A stretch of DNA of 62,879 nt, counting the filler, from Stramenopiles sp. TOSAG23-2 (taxonomy: Eukaryota): NCBI GenBank assembly GCA_900128395.1. It is 8 parts of 8 records of this genome, joined end to end, with 100 filler letters (N's around TTAATTAATTAA, not from the genome) between each part and the next. Parts side by side here need not be neighbours in the genome. Positions count along the whole stretch, not along the records: positions 31,545 to 39,315 come from LT650277.1; positions 39,416 to 47,184 come from LT650278.1; 6 more parts are not named here. One strand, 5' to 3'. Shown here piece after piece: positions 31,805-42,589 of the stretch. How positions within the stretch are numbered: position 1 is the first letter of the stretch; each line of letters begins with the position of its first letter. The notes under the pieces were generated by a model. That model worked only from the letters and a program-made list of their open reading frames with translations. It ran no database searches and was not told where the DNA came from. The translations under genes and the position numbers were made by a program.

Positions 31805-34800
31805 ATGTCTTTCAAACGCTATAAATTGTATTGTTTGGTCCCCCACATTGCAAATCTACCAAGATTTATGGAAGAGCAGTTAGATGAATGCCAAAAAATG
31901 GCTGTACTTTCTGATATTGAAAAACCATTAAAAGTACTAGCCGGTCCAGGATCTGGAAAAACAAGAACAATGTGTGAAAGGATACGACACATGATTAATA
32001 ATAAAAATGTCTCCCACGATGATATATACGTAACAACATTTACAAGGGATGCTGTAAAAGAAATTAAGAAACGTTTAATGGATCAACTATCGGGGGTATC
32101 AACTATTCATGGTTTATGCCGATATATTATAAATAAGTTCCAAGCAGAAGGAAGCGATATATTATCCGACGAAAAGGGCGACGATAATATTATGAAAGAA
32201 TGTTGCAAATTTATAACAACAGACGCACGTAATGAAATAAAATTTATTGAATTTAATGATGAAAACAGTCTTAGGGATGAAGTAGGTAAAATTATATTAG
32301 ATTTTTTTGAAGCATTTTGGAGATCGAAAGGCGCCGTACAACATATGTGGACGAAAAAAGAGGACATTTACGAAAAATTTACTCAATATTGTTCAGGAAA
32401 TGCAAAAGAAAGCACGGAAAAAAAAATTAAGAAAATTGTATTGGATAATACCAATGATAGCGTGGAAACGTTGTATAAACATTTATGCTCAAAACAAATG
32501 TTTGAGAAAAATTCACGTTTAATATATTCAAACGAGCATGTGAAAACAATTGCTTTCTCCAAACTATTGCCTAGAGCCTTATATGTCTTTGAAAAATCAA
32601 CAGATGATGAAAAGAAAGAAAAAATGAAGTCAAAATATTATATCGTCGACGAATTCCAGGATACTGACTACGGACAACTAGAACTTTTTAAAGTTTTATG
32701 TTCTGAATCTGGTCGATTTACTTGTGTTGGTGATATTGATCAAAGTATTTATGAATTTAGAGGTGCTAATCCTATTATTCTTCATAAAGGTGTTGATACA
32801 ATTTTTAACAATATGGAAACGATCATATTGACAAGCAATTATCGATCCTCAAAAAACATTGTTAATTTAACACAAGCATTAATCAATAATAATGAGAAGA
32901 ATAGAAGAGCACAGTATGAGGTAAATCCGGTACGTAATGCAGCAGAGAAGAAAGTTGATATCCTGGAAACAACTAGCAATATGATTGAAGCAAAGCGAAT
33001 TTTGCATGTGATTCAAGAAACTGCGAAAGAACAAAATGACTGGAATCATGCTGTACTTTTTTACAAGGAAAAACAATGCGATTTTTTTAGAGCATATATG
33101 AAAAAAACACATTTAATGTATGTAAATAATCAACGTATTAAGAATATCACATGCACAACAATACACAAAGCAAAAGGAATGGAATGGGATTGTGTATATG
33201 TAGGGGGTATAGATGCTGAGTGGATTTTTGGATACAATAGAGACGAGAGGAAAGAGTTAAGTCATAGGGAAATTAATAAGGTAGAGGAAAAACGAAGGCT
33301 TTTTTATGTTGCATGTACTAGAGCAAAATCATATTTACATATTAGTTACTATAATATTGGCAATGAAGTGGGTAATGCAAACGTATCCAATAGTTGCTGT
33401 TTCATAGACGAGATAAAAGCATGCAAAGGCGAATTCATCAACTTCATGAGGATACATGATCAAGATCATACAACAGGTGGACAGAACGCAATAGAAGAAT
33501 TTCTTCAGCGAAGATTTAAAACGGATTGTTTTGCTGTTGATGATGCAATAAATGAAGCATGCAACAACATTTCTCAAAAATATGACATAGGTTTGGATAA
33601 AATCCAGGATGTCGTAAGGAGATATTTACCAGAAAACGAAGGTAATATTCTTCGTATAGACGGTTTGCTCGATGCATTGGATAAAGCCATTCAATGTATT
33701 GAACGGAAAAATATCAACATCCGGTTACTTTTCAAATATAAATCCAGAGAAAATGACGATGCAAAAAGATTAATTATAGATCTTGAGACAAAGCAAAACA
33801 ACGACAATCCTGAAAAAAGTAAAATCATCTCTTCTTTTCTTCAATGTTGCTCCGACAAACACCAATGGGAACAAGGAAAACGAGGAGCTTGGCAAAACAC
33901 TGTTCAATCTTTATTTAAATTATCCCCATCAGGTATTGGATCGTACGTTCATTTTAATCGATGTAACCGCATGCTTCATCGTTCAACAGATCAGATACAT
34001 ACAATAAACGGAAACGGGAGCGAAAAAGTAGACCAAGTACCACACGCATCTAGAAAATCAGCAATTTTGAGAAAAGGTTTAGAATGGGAAGACGAATTAA
34101 ACAAATGTCTCTTTAATGATAATTGGTACATCATTGATATTTTGAATAAAAATGAATGCAATTCGCTGTATAAAGTTGATGGGCAAATAATAGAAAAAAT
34201 ACAGGCCATTGAACGTCCTTGTGAGTTGACAAAACATTTTTTACTTCTTTCACGCGGTTCATATGCACGTATATGCATAAAATTAAATTCTGAATGTAAT
34301 TTGCTTGAAGAGAAAATCTTTAAAGTAGGGAATTCTGACGTAACATTCAAACCTGCCATGTCAAAAAATCTTATTGCCACTGTATTTTACAATGGAGCTG
34401 ATGATATCAATCAATTGAAACGATGGATGAAGAACATTAATCTTGCTCTTTGTTTTGAGGTAGAAGCACATGCTGCTCATGATTTTAGTATTAATATCAT
34501 ACAAGTGGAAAGCAATATTATTTCAAAGCATGAACTTGTGGAATCAGAATGGCAACATCAAAAGACTTTTAATGGAGTCATTCTATTTCAAGCAGAATTC
34601 AATGCACAGGATTCATTTTATAAAGAAAATGATTTAGATCAAAGTGTTTCTAAAAAATTAAAATCGCGTTTAGAAAATGAGAATCTTCAGCGCGTCATTG
34701 CATTTAGTACTTTAAAACCTGATTATATACGGATGAGTGCGCAACCTGCTTATATCGAATTAGAAATTATTGATGCAAAAGCATCGAAATGTATCAAGTT

Positions 34801-37800
34801 GGAGCATAAAGTTCAAGTGGGATTATATTCATTGGTATTACAAGATATAATAGGCCATCTTGCACCAAACGACTATGTTGCTCGAAATTTTAAAATTGCG
34901 CCAAATGGTGGAGTGTTTTTACCACCACATCGAATATTACATAAAGAAGAAAAATATATTCTTGAACAATTTGCATTGAAAGATGTTGAAAAAATACTGA
35001 AGATTTTCTTATCTAAACAAATAAAAAAAGTGCTAAGTGAGATAAATTGGGATGGAGATGGCTATAAGAATCAGTCATGGCAATTTCAACAAACTTGTTC
35101 AGACTGTCAATTTTCTCAAAATTGTCACGACGAAAGCATGAAAGATAAACGTTTATCATTTATTCCAAATTTAAATGAAACATACTATAATTTCTTTCAA
35201 AACAAGCTTCCTGACATTGAAAATGTAGGTGATCATATTGGAGAAAATGATAACCTAGATGAAATTACTAAATTAAGCAAGCATGTTTTAATCCCCCCTC
35301 GCAATGCACAAGAATGGAAAGCTAATCGTTATGGGTTATGTATAAAATATGACATAGACATAATAAATCAAGAAGAAAATCAGAATATTAACAATGCTGA
35401 ACATGTTGTTGCAAATGATAATAACCGGGAACTTTCACCTGCTTTAAAAATTGCCCCAACAGGATCAAGCCCAAAGATTCTAGCAATCCAAAAAAACACG
35501 CCATATTTGAATGGAAATAAATCTACGTCATTTCCAAATAATCTTGATGTTGCTGTATATTTAACATTTGAAACCGATCCTCAAACAGATCGTTTATATG
35601 CATATGCCATAAAGTATTGTGATTCGCATAACGATTATTCAAAAGCATCTGATCTATATGCGCAAGTATTACCAAAGTATGTAACACGTAGTGAGGAGGA
35701 AGTCCATCGAAAGTTGCAAATAAATATGATACGAAATTTGATTACGAAGCTACATGAGTTTATGAAAAGAGCTGAAGGATTACGTACGGCATTTTTTTTT
35801 CAGGATAATGCTGACTTAGCAATATTTCGTAATTTCCTGTTAGAAGCAATCTTATCAGGTGATGATGTAGATATCGAAGGCAATAGCTTGCTTGATCAGG
35901 CATATGTATGTTTATCAGCTTTAGTTCAAGATCCTGGTTTATTGCAAGCATTGTTGATTAATGATTTAACACCGGGTTTTAGACCAAATGCTTTAAAGGA
36001 TAAAAATAAAAAATATTTTGAACAAGAAGAGACAAGGCTAAAACAAGAAATTAAAGCATTATATGGTGAAGAACATGAATTTCAAATAATTGAAGAGACA
36101 TTAAGTAAAATAGAGAAAGAAATAGAGAAAGAAATTAATGATATTGTGGATTTGAACGATGATGGGAAAGAGGAAGAAGTAAGAGACAAAGTGATAGAGT
36201 ATGCGAAACAAAAAAAACTTCCAAAGGGTACGGTAGAAAAATACAAGAAGCAAAAAATTAAAACTATTTTCAATTCAAAGGCGAAAAGCTCTTTGAAAAA
36301 TGAAGTGCTTTGTCGTCGTAAAACTACTTACTTAAGAAATTGTCGCATTGCAGTTGGGTGGCGCCAACTAGGGAAAGAACACAAATTGAATGAATGGAAG
36401 ACAAAGCTGATTGATGAAATTAAAGAAGAAATTAATGATCTTCAATCACGGCAGAACAACATTTATGCCGAAGATGTTTTACCTAGAACAGTTGTTCTAA
36501 TGTCTGAGTTTGAACACTTAATTGCCTTACCAGATTCTCCAGGATTTTATCAAATTGCTTCTATGTTAAAATGGTTTGATCATGCTGAATCTGGATTTAA
36601 AAATCGAGAAAAGTGGCATGAAAAAGCTAAACAAATATCAAATATATTTTCAAATAATGCTGTATTTAGGGATTGGTCTTTTAGTTATATATTTCCGAAA
36701 AATAAGCGTTTGGAAAATCTATTAGAATATCGTTTATTAGCAATGGCAAGCATTACATGTGGTTTACGTAGTCATATTTTAAATGCAGATAGAAGCATTT
36801 TACCCCACTGTGCTGGAAAGTTATATTTAAAACCACCAACAAAATGGAAGAGTCCTTTATTTTCTAAGTTATTTTTCATAACACAATTTGAAGATATTTC
36901 TCATGCATCTAAAGTTAGGGATGAGAGAAAGGGCGATCTTGATGAAAAATTACAAAGTGGAAAAGCTTTTGAAATAATTTACAATAAAGATGAAGATAAT
37001 ACCATGATGTTTGAAGTAAAAACATTTACATTTGCACCTATACCAAAATTGAAAGAAAACTCTTTTGCTTTTGATTTTTTCTTGTTTCCAAAGGGAATAG
37101 AGCAGGGTAAACAAAGCGACGGCGAATTATCATCTTTACGTTTTCCTGACCTAAGTTGTAGCTCTAATTATTATAGCCCGTATTGGAAAAATATGTTATT
37201 CTGTAAAATATGTAAGCACGAATTAAATTTCCATGAAAATAATATTAAAACATCTATTGGATTAAACATTTCAAAATATCCTAAACATCTTTTTTCGAAG
37301 GTGAAAGTAACAAAACATTTTATTTTGCAAAAACGTCATATTTCTATTAAAGTTACAGATACCGTTGCAGTATTACAATTATTAGATAATGCAAATATAA
37401 ATGATGATAAATTTAATAATTTTTACCATTTAGTTTACAATACTGAAACGTGGCGCCCGAACGTGGAAGGAGAAGGAATATTGAAAACGTTCACTAACAA
37501 AGGTATTTTCAATGATGCGTTTCAAGATGGTAGTAACGACAGAAAACTTGCTCGAAATCACTGCAATAGTCTCTCTGTATCCCAACGGGAAGTGTTTGAC
37601 GCAATTTTTACAAACAGATTAATTATATGTTGGGGTCCACCTGGTGCAGGTAAAACATATTTCGCCGCACATAGTATTTTAGCATTGATTCACGCTGCAC
37701 AAAGCGTAGATCATAAATATTATAATGTTTTAGTGACTGCGCAAACGAATACTGGGGTTGACAATCTTAAAGAGAAGTTGGAAAAAGAAATTGAAAAAGA

Positions 37801-38941
37801 ATGTTATGGCAATAATATTCCTGTATATCATAAAAAAACTCCATTAAAAGAAATACCCTCAAAATCATTTATTTATTGTGGAACAGTTTTTAATATACGT
37901 ACTACATTAAAGAAATTTGAGAGAAAAAACATTCCAACATTCGATTTAATAATTGTAGATGAAGCATCGCAAATGAAACTTCAAGAGTTAGCTTTTGTAA
38001 TGCAATACCTAGATCCAGTGAATGGCCGCATACTAGTTGTTGGAGATCATTTGCAACTTCGTCCTATATTTATCAACGAGTATCCAAAAACGTTATTACA
38101 TGAGGATTTAGTACAATTGGACACATCTATACTCACATTTTTCCGTGATAAATTAGGGGAAGATCATGTATTATCGTTGAAAGATAATTACAGAATGTCA
38201 GAAACGTTAGCTAAGTTTACGGAAATAACGTATCCAGAGTATACATATAAACACGTAGACAAACCACGCAATATACTGAAATTACCCTTTGAACACGAGG
38301 AAAATGAGATGAACTCAACATATGATAGTGTTTTTACATCTGAAAAGGCACTTCAAGTGGTCTTTTTGGAATATGAAAAAAACGATGGACAAGATCGAGT
38401 TTATCGCAGAGAAGCTGATTTTGTATGCAAGCTTATTCGTAACGTTTATGATGCATTTGCCGACGATGACGATCGGCAGGAAAAAATGAAAGAAATTTTT
38501 ATTATTACACCACACCATGCACAACAAGATTTGATAAATGCAAGATTACCAACGTTCAAGGTTCCTGAAGAAGTGAAAAATGCTATGGTAATAAAGACAG
38601 CGGAATGCGTACAAGGAAAAGAAGCGGAGCTAGTAATAATATGCTATTCGTATGTAGATTTTCATTCCAATGAAACAGAATTAGATTTTATATACGATTT
38701 AAACAGATTGAATGTAGCAGTCACCAGAGCAAAAGAAAGAGTTATTTTTGTAACAACGAAGAATGTTGTCGAGGACGCTTCTTTGGAACTCCTTGCAAAG
38801 GATGCACGAATTTCAGGATATCATTATATTCAAAATATAGTGAAGCAAGGTGATTGCAGGACGATTCTAGAAAATGAGTATGGGGAACAAGACCTAGGTT
38901 ATAATGATAATTTGTTAAATGACGACGAAGAAAAGGTATAG
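31805..38941 (+). CDS. Giant dual helicase-nuclease: UvrD/Rep SF1A helicase + RecB-like PD-(D/E)XK Fe-S nuclease + RNase_H_2-like + Upf1/Dna2-like SF1B helicase
   Basis: N-terminus: AGPGSGKT, TFT..A..E, STIHG, VDEFQD, VGDIDQSIYEFRGA, NYRS, TIHKAKGMEW, RRLFYVACTRAK. Middle: LSPS..C, KPDY, IIDAK, QVGLY, CSDC.F...C, YLTFETDP. C-terminus: GPPGAGKT, VDEASQ, VGDHLQL.P, NYRM, ITPH.AQ, QGKE, RLNVAVTRAK. Intronless; a second possible start is at 31868. Confidence 0.9.
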   Translation: MSFKRYKLYCLVPHIANLPRFMEEQLDECQKMAVLSDIEKPLKVLAGPGSGKTRTMCERIRHMINNKNVSHDDIYVTTFTRDAVKEIKKRLMDQLSGVSTIHGLCRYIINKFQAEGSDILSDEKGDDNIMKECCKFITTDARNEIKFIEFNDENSLRDEVGKIILDFFEAFWRSKGAVQHMWTKKEDIYEKFTQYCSGNAKESTEKKIKKIVLDNTNDSVETLYKHLCSKQMFEKNSRLIYSNEHVKTIAFSKLLPRALYVFEKSTDDEKKEKMKSKYYIVDEFQDTDYGQLELFKVLCSESGRFTCVGDIDQSIYEFRGANPIILHKGVDTIFNNMETIILTSNYRSSKNIVNLTQALINNNEKNRRAQYEVNPVRNAAEKKVDILETTSNMIEAKRILHVIQETAKEQNDWNHAVLFYKEKQCDFFRAYMKKTHLMYVNNQRIKNITCTTIHKAKGMEWDCVYVGGIDAEWIFGYNRDERKELSHREINKVEEKRRLFYVACTRAKSYLHISYYNIGNEVGNANVSNSCCFIDEIKACKGEFINFMRIHDQDHTTGGQNAIEEFLQRRFKTDCFAVDDAINEACNNISQKYDIGLDKIQDVVRRYLPENEGNILRIDGLLDALDKAIQCIERKNINIRLLFKYKSRENDDAKRLIIDLETKQNNDNPEKSKIISSFLQCCSDKHQWEQGKRGAWQNTVQSLFKLSPSGIGSYVHFNRCNRMLHRSTDQIHTINGNGSEKVDQVPHASRKSAILRKGLEWEDELNKCLFNDNWYIIDILNKNECNSLYKVDGQIIEKIQAIERPCELTKHFLLLSRGSYARICIKLNSECNLLEEKIFKVGNSDVTFKPAMSKNLIATVFYNGADDINQLKRWMKNINLALCFEVEAHAAHDFSINIIQVESNIISKHELVESEWQHQKTFNGVILFQAEFNAQDSFYKENDLDQSVSKKLKSRLENENLQRVIAFSTLKPDYIRMSAQPAYIELEIIDAKASKCIKLEHKVQVGLYSLVLQDIIGHLAPNDYVARNFKIAPNGGVFLPPHRILHKEEKYILEQFALKDVEKILKIFLSKQIKKVLSEINWDGDGYKNQSWQFQQTCSDCQFSQNCHDESMKDKRLSFIPNLNETYYNFFQNKLPDIENVGDHIGENDNLDEITKLSKHVLIPPRNAQEWKANRYGLCIKYDIDIINQEENQNINNAEHVVANDNNRELSPALKIAPTGSSPKILAIQKNTPYLNGNKSTSFPNNLDVAVYLTFETDPQTDRLYAYAIKYCDSHNDYSKASDLYAQVLPKYVTRSEEEVHRKLQINMIRNLITKLHEFMKRAEGLRTAFFFQDNADLAIFRNFLLEAILSGDDVDIEGNSLLDQAYVCLSALVQDPGLLQALLINDLTPGFRPNALKDKNKKYFEQEETRLKQEIKALYGEEHEFQIIEETLSKIEKEIEKEINDIVDLNDDGKEEEVRDKVIEYAKQKKLPKGTVEKYKKQKIKTIFNSKAKSSLKNEVLCRRKTTYLRNCRIAVGWRQLGKEHKLNEWKTKLIDEIKEEINDLQSRQNNIYAEDVLPRTVVLMSEFEHLIALPDSPGFYQIASMLKWFDHAESGFKNREKWHEKAKQISNIFSNNAVFRDWSFSYIFPKNKRLENLLEYRLLAMASITCGLRSHILNADRSILPHCAGKLYLKPPTKWKSPLFSKLFFITQFEDISHASKVRDERKGDLDEKLQSGKAFEIIYNKDEDNTMMFEVKTFTFAPIPKLKENSFAFDFFLFPKGIEQGKQSDGELSSLRFPDLSCSSNYYSPYWKNMLFCKICKHELNFHENNIKTSIGLNISKYPKHLFSKVKVTKHFILQKRHISIKVTDTVAVLQLLDNANINDDKFNNFYHLVYNTETWRPNVEGEGILKTFTNKGIFNDAFQDGSNDRKLARNHCNSLSVSQREVFDAIFTNRLIICWGPPGAGKTYFAAHSILALIHAAQSVDHKYYNVLVTAQTNTGVDNLKEKLEKEIEKECYGNNIPVYHKKTPLKEIPSKSFIYCGTVFNIRTTLKKFERKNIPTFDLIIVDEASQMKLQELAFVMQYLDPVNGRILVVGDHLQLRPIFINEYPKTLLHEDLVQLDTSILTFFRDKLGEDHVLSLKDNYRMSETLAKFTEITYPEYTYKHVDKPRNILKLPFEHEENEMNSTYDSVFTSEKALQVVFLEYEKNDGQDRVYRREADFVCKLIRNVYDAFADDDDRQEKMKEIFIITPHHAQQDLINARLPTFKVPEEVKNAMVIKTAECVQGKEAELVIICYSYVDFHSNETELDFIYDLNRLNVAVTRAKERVIFVTTKNVVEDASLELLAKDARISGYHYIQNIVKQGDCRTILENEYGEQDLGYNDNLLNDDEEKV

Positions 38942-39838
38942 AGGATCTCTGGTATTAATATGATGGTTAAAATCTAAGTGTTATAATAATTTTACACTTC
39001 CCGTGCTAAGTAATATTCCGCTGGTATTAATATAACTTCAATAACATTTATTTAAAAACTAAAAACTATGCATATCATATATATTTTTAAAAATAAAACA
39101 AATAAAGAACAAGTTTTATTTCAAATTTAACTCCCACACGCACATACGGTTCGTAATTTTTTATACACATTTAAACCTATACCTGTTGTCGTTGTCCATA
39201 TTGCTGATGATATTAAAAGATAAAATTCCCTGCCCTGAAGTGTGTGGGTGTCAATAATGTATCTTGTGTTTCTATATGTTGTTTTTAATATTATAAGGAT
39301 CTATTTATGTGTAATNNNNNNNNNNNNNNNNNNNNNNNNNNNNNNNNNNNNNNNNNNNNTTAATTAATTAANNNNNNNNNNNNNNNNNNNNNNNNNNNNN
39401 NNNNNNNNNNNNNNNAGCCTTTTTTTTTTGTTTTCTTCTTGAAGAAAATCTGTTTGTCTATAAGTTATATAATGAAATCAATAATATCTCTAAAATAGAT
39501 ATGATTTATAATTTTTTTAAAAACCATATTTTAGATATTTTTGTAGTCTTATATACATGTTAAGTACATTTAACAAAAATATTATTAATAACAAGCACAC
39601 ACAACAAGAACAACAACAACAAAAAGCACCACAATAACAACAACGAAAAAAAAAAAAATGAATTTTATTATAGAAGAATAAATAACAAAACACTAAATAT
39701 ATATACCTACAAGCTTTACATTCATTGTATAACATAAATTCCGTTCTAAATAATAATGTATAAACATACCGTATGGATATATAATTAATAGAAACAACTG
39801 CGAGATAATTTGTGAATTCGATAAAATTAAAATAGACG

Positions 39839-41107
39839 ATGAATAGTGTAAATAGTAGTGGTTCGTCCAAGCGTTCACCGCTTTTAATACAACAAGATTC
39901 TAGAAAATCAACACCACAAAAAAAAAAAGTTACTTTTCAATTACCACATCAAACAAATAAAGATACAGCAGCAGAAAGTTTTGATGAGTTTAAACCAACA
40001 GATAAAGCATTTGCCCCTGAAATAGGCAATGGAAAAAATTTGCCAAGCTACCGCAAACCATCATCACGCCCGAGTGGATTAGGCATTGGAAACAGTAGTA
40101 CCATGGTGATGCAAGGAAATACAGTATTAGCTCCTGGTTCCTCCTCTGTTGTTGATTTAAATTATGATGATACATTAAGGCGTGTTAGTGTAGTTGTACA
40201 GCAACATGTTGTGAGAGGAGAAAGGCATAAACGAAGGGATATCAATAAACGAACAAAAATGTTACAAGAGGAAAGTAAGAGATACAATGAAACTCGTAAC
40301 AACAACAGCAAGAAAGGAGATGGAAGTAGCATTTCAATGGATACACCAATTGCAAATAATACCAATAATAATTCATATAGTGGTAGTTACAACAATAATA
40401 ATAATAATAATAGCGAACAAAATAATAATAATGATAATGATAATAATACTAGCGAAGATGCTGATATTGCACGTCAATTTGCGATACAAGCTACTGCAGA
40501 TTTCAATGAGTTATTATATGCAAAACCACGTTGGAAATATTCATTTGTCAATGTCCCGAATTCTTTTATAATGCCATATGGTTTGAAGAAAATTGAAAGG
40601 ATTTTTAAAGTTCCAAGTTCAGAAAAAATATATCAATTTTTGAAACATATTTTTGTCCGATGTCAATTAAGTGCTGAATGTAGTGTTGTCTGTTTAATAT
40701 ATGTAGAAAGATTGATGGAAACTGCTGGTATTGATTTATTATCAAATAATTGGCGACCTATTATGCTATGTGGTTTATTGCTAGCATCAAAAGTATGGCA
40801 AGATTTAAATTGTTGGAATGTAGAGTTTGCTAGTGTTTTGCCAGATTTTTCTTTGAAAAGTATTAATCAATTAGAACGAGCATTTTTGAAATATTTACGT
40901 TATAGTTTGTTCATATCTGGTAGTGTGTATGCAAAATATTATTTTGCATTACGAAGTTTAGGTGAGAAAAAGAATTTCCGTAATAAATATAATACGGTTG
41001 TCATGACAAGTAATCGAATGATACCATCATCAAGAGGAAATCAAAAGGCAACCGTGGAACAACGGTCAGAAGCAATTAAAAGTGAATTTTATAGTAGGTC
41101 TATGTGA
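39839..41107 (+). CDS. Cyclin Y-like protein
   Basis: QLSAECSVVCLIYVERL..NWRPI..LLLASKVWQD..WNVEF..NQLER.FL..SVYAKYYF.LR is the cyclin Y box. Confidence 0.9.
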   Translation: MNSVNSSGSSKRSPLLIQQDSRKSTPQKKKVTFQLPHQTNKDTAAESFDEFKPTDKAFAPEIGNGKNLPSYRKPSSRPSGLGIGNSSTMVMQGNTVLAPGSSSVVDLNYDDTLRRVSVVVQQHVVRGERHKRRDINKRTKMLQEESKRYNETRNNNSKKGDGSSISMDTPIANNTNNNSYSGSYNNNNNNNSEQNNNNDNDNNTSEDADIARQFAIQATADFNELLYAKPRWKYSFVNVPNSFIMPYGLKKIERIFKVPSSEKIYQFLKHIFVRCQLSAECSVVCLIYVERLMETAGIDLLSNNWRPIMLCGLLLASKVWQDLNCWNVEFASVLPDFSLKSINQLERAFLKYLRYSLFISGSVYAKYYFALRSLGEKKNFRNKYNTVVMTSNRMIPSSRGNQKATVEQRSEAIKSEFYSRSM

Positions 41108-41432
41108 TCAAAAGAAGATATATATATATATATGATACGAAGCGTATAATATTATATTTTGGATTGTTTGGGGACGACTTTTGTTTTTTGTGTTGTGTTG
41201 AGAAATATGATTACACGACGTAAAATATACTCTCTGTGTTCGTATAATATATATAAAAAAAAATAAAAAAATTTATGACATCTTGATACGTATATGATAT
41301 GACACATCATATGCATAGTACAATTTCTGATTGATATTTTTGTTGATATTACAGTACATATGATATATTTTGTATCGTGTGCCTATCTATATTAATTGTT
41401 TTAAATGTAACACGCACACTGTGTGTATTTTA

Positions 41433-41942
41433 TTATTTTAATGTTTTCTTCTTATTTTTATTACGTAAATTAGATGGTGATGTTTGTTGATAATTTCTTG
41501 GCCTTATAAGCCTATTGATAATTCTACGTTGCTTTTGTAAATACTCGTTTGCATTTTTATCAAATCTATCTTGTTTGTTGTTTGCAATGCCAAACTTTTT
41601 AATTTTCTTTTTCTTTTTTACATGTGGTGTTGGTGAACCTGGATATGCAGGTTGAGATAGTTTCCGTACTAATTCTTCCCAGTATTTTGTTTCTTCTTTT
41701 CTACAACTAAATTCTGGATGCGAAATACCAGTAGTGACACTGTTATTGTTCCCAACGTTATTATTATTATTATTACAATCGATAATTGTACTTGCTGATT
41801 TCTTAATATTTACATTATTACCCTCGTTAGTACTATCATTTATTTTATCCAGACTTTTGTTGATTGTACGACATGCTACTTTGATATACGTTTCAAGTTC
41901 CGATATATTTGTCTCATTATAATTTGATACAAGCAAATCCAT
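41433..41942 (-). CDS. Hypothetical protein (~169 aa)
   Basis: ORF from ATG 41942 (MDLLVSN) with the Asn-run composition seen in other genes here; no family recognised. Confidence 0.5.
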   Translation of the reverse strand: MDLLVSNYNETNISELETYIKVACRTINKSLDKINDSTNEGNNVNIKKSASTIIDCNNNNNNVGNNNSVTTGISHPEFSCRKEETKYWEELVRKLSQPAYPGSPTPHVKKKKKIKKFGIANNKQDRFDKNANEYLQKQRRIINRLIRPRNYQQTSPSNLRNKNKKKTLK

Positions 41943-42589
41943 TTGTACAATAAAAACAACTATATGTAGGATGATGATTCCTAATATATTATCTATATTG
42001 TAATGATGGTGGAATCGATCTACCTTCTTAAACAAGTGTAATTAACAATTGATAACAGGAAAAAAAAAAAACTCAACTTAAACTATACTACTTCTCTACT
42101 TCTATAGACTTTTTAATAATAACTTCCAGACTTCCAGACTTCTTGTGGCACCTTGTTGTGCACTTCTTTTACTATAATATATTGTATACAATGATGTGGT
42201 GATCTAATGCTGTATAGCTGCTTTTTTTTCATTTCTTTTTTTTGAATCGCCGCGAGCCAAGTATAAATTATTGGTCATTTGATAGGCGAAATCGGAATAA
42301 TGGATTCTTTTTTTTCTCGTTTTCTACAATTTTCAAGTATAAATTCTAAATATTAATTTTATCGTCATTTGATAGGTTAAGTCCTTTATATAATGAAATT
42401 AAGGTGCATCTTCAAGAAGATTTTCGAAAAGTTTTTAATAAATAAGTTTTCAATAATAGACGACTTATTAAAACATATACATATTTACATGGACGGCTAT
42501 AGATATTTCTGTCAAACAATACATCTATCTATCTATATCTATATATATTTAATATCCCTCCCACTTTTTTTTTCTTCTTCAATAACATA

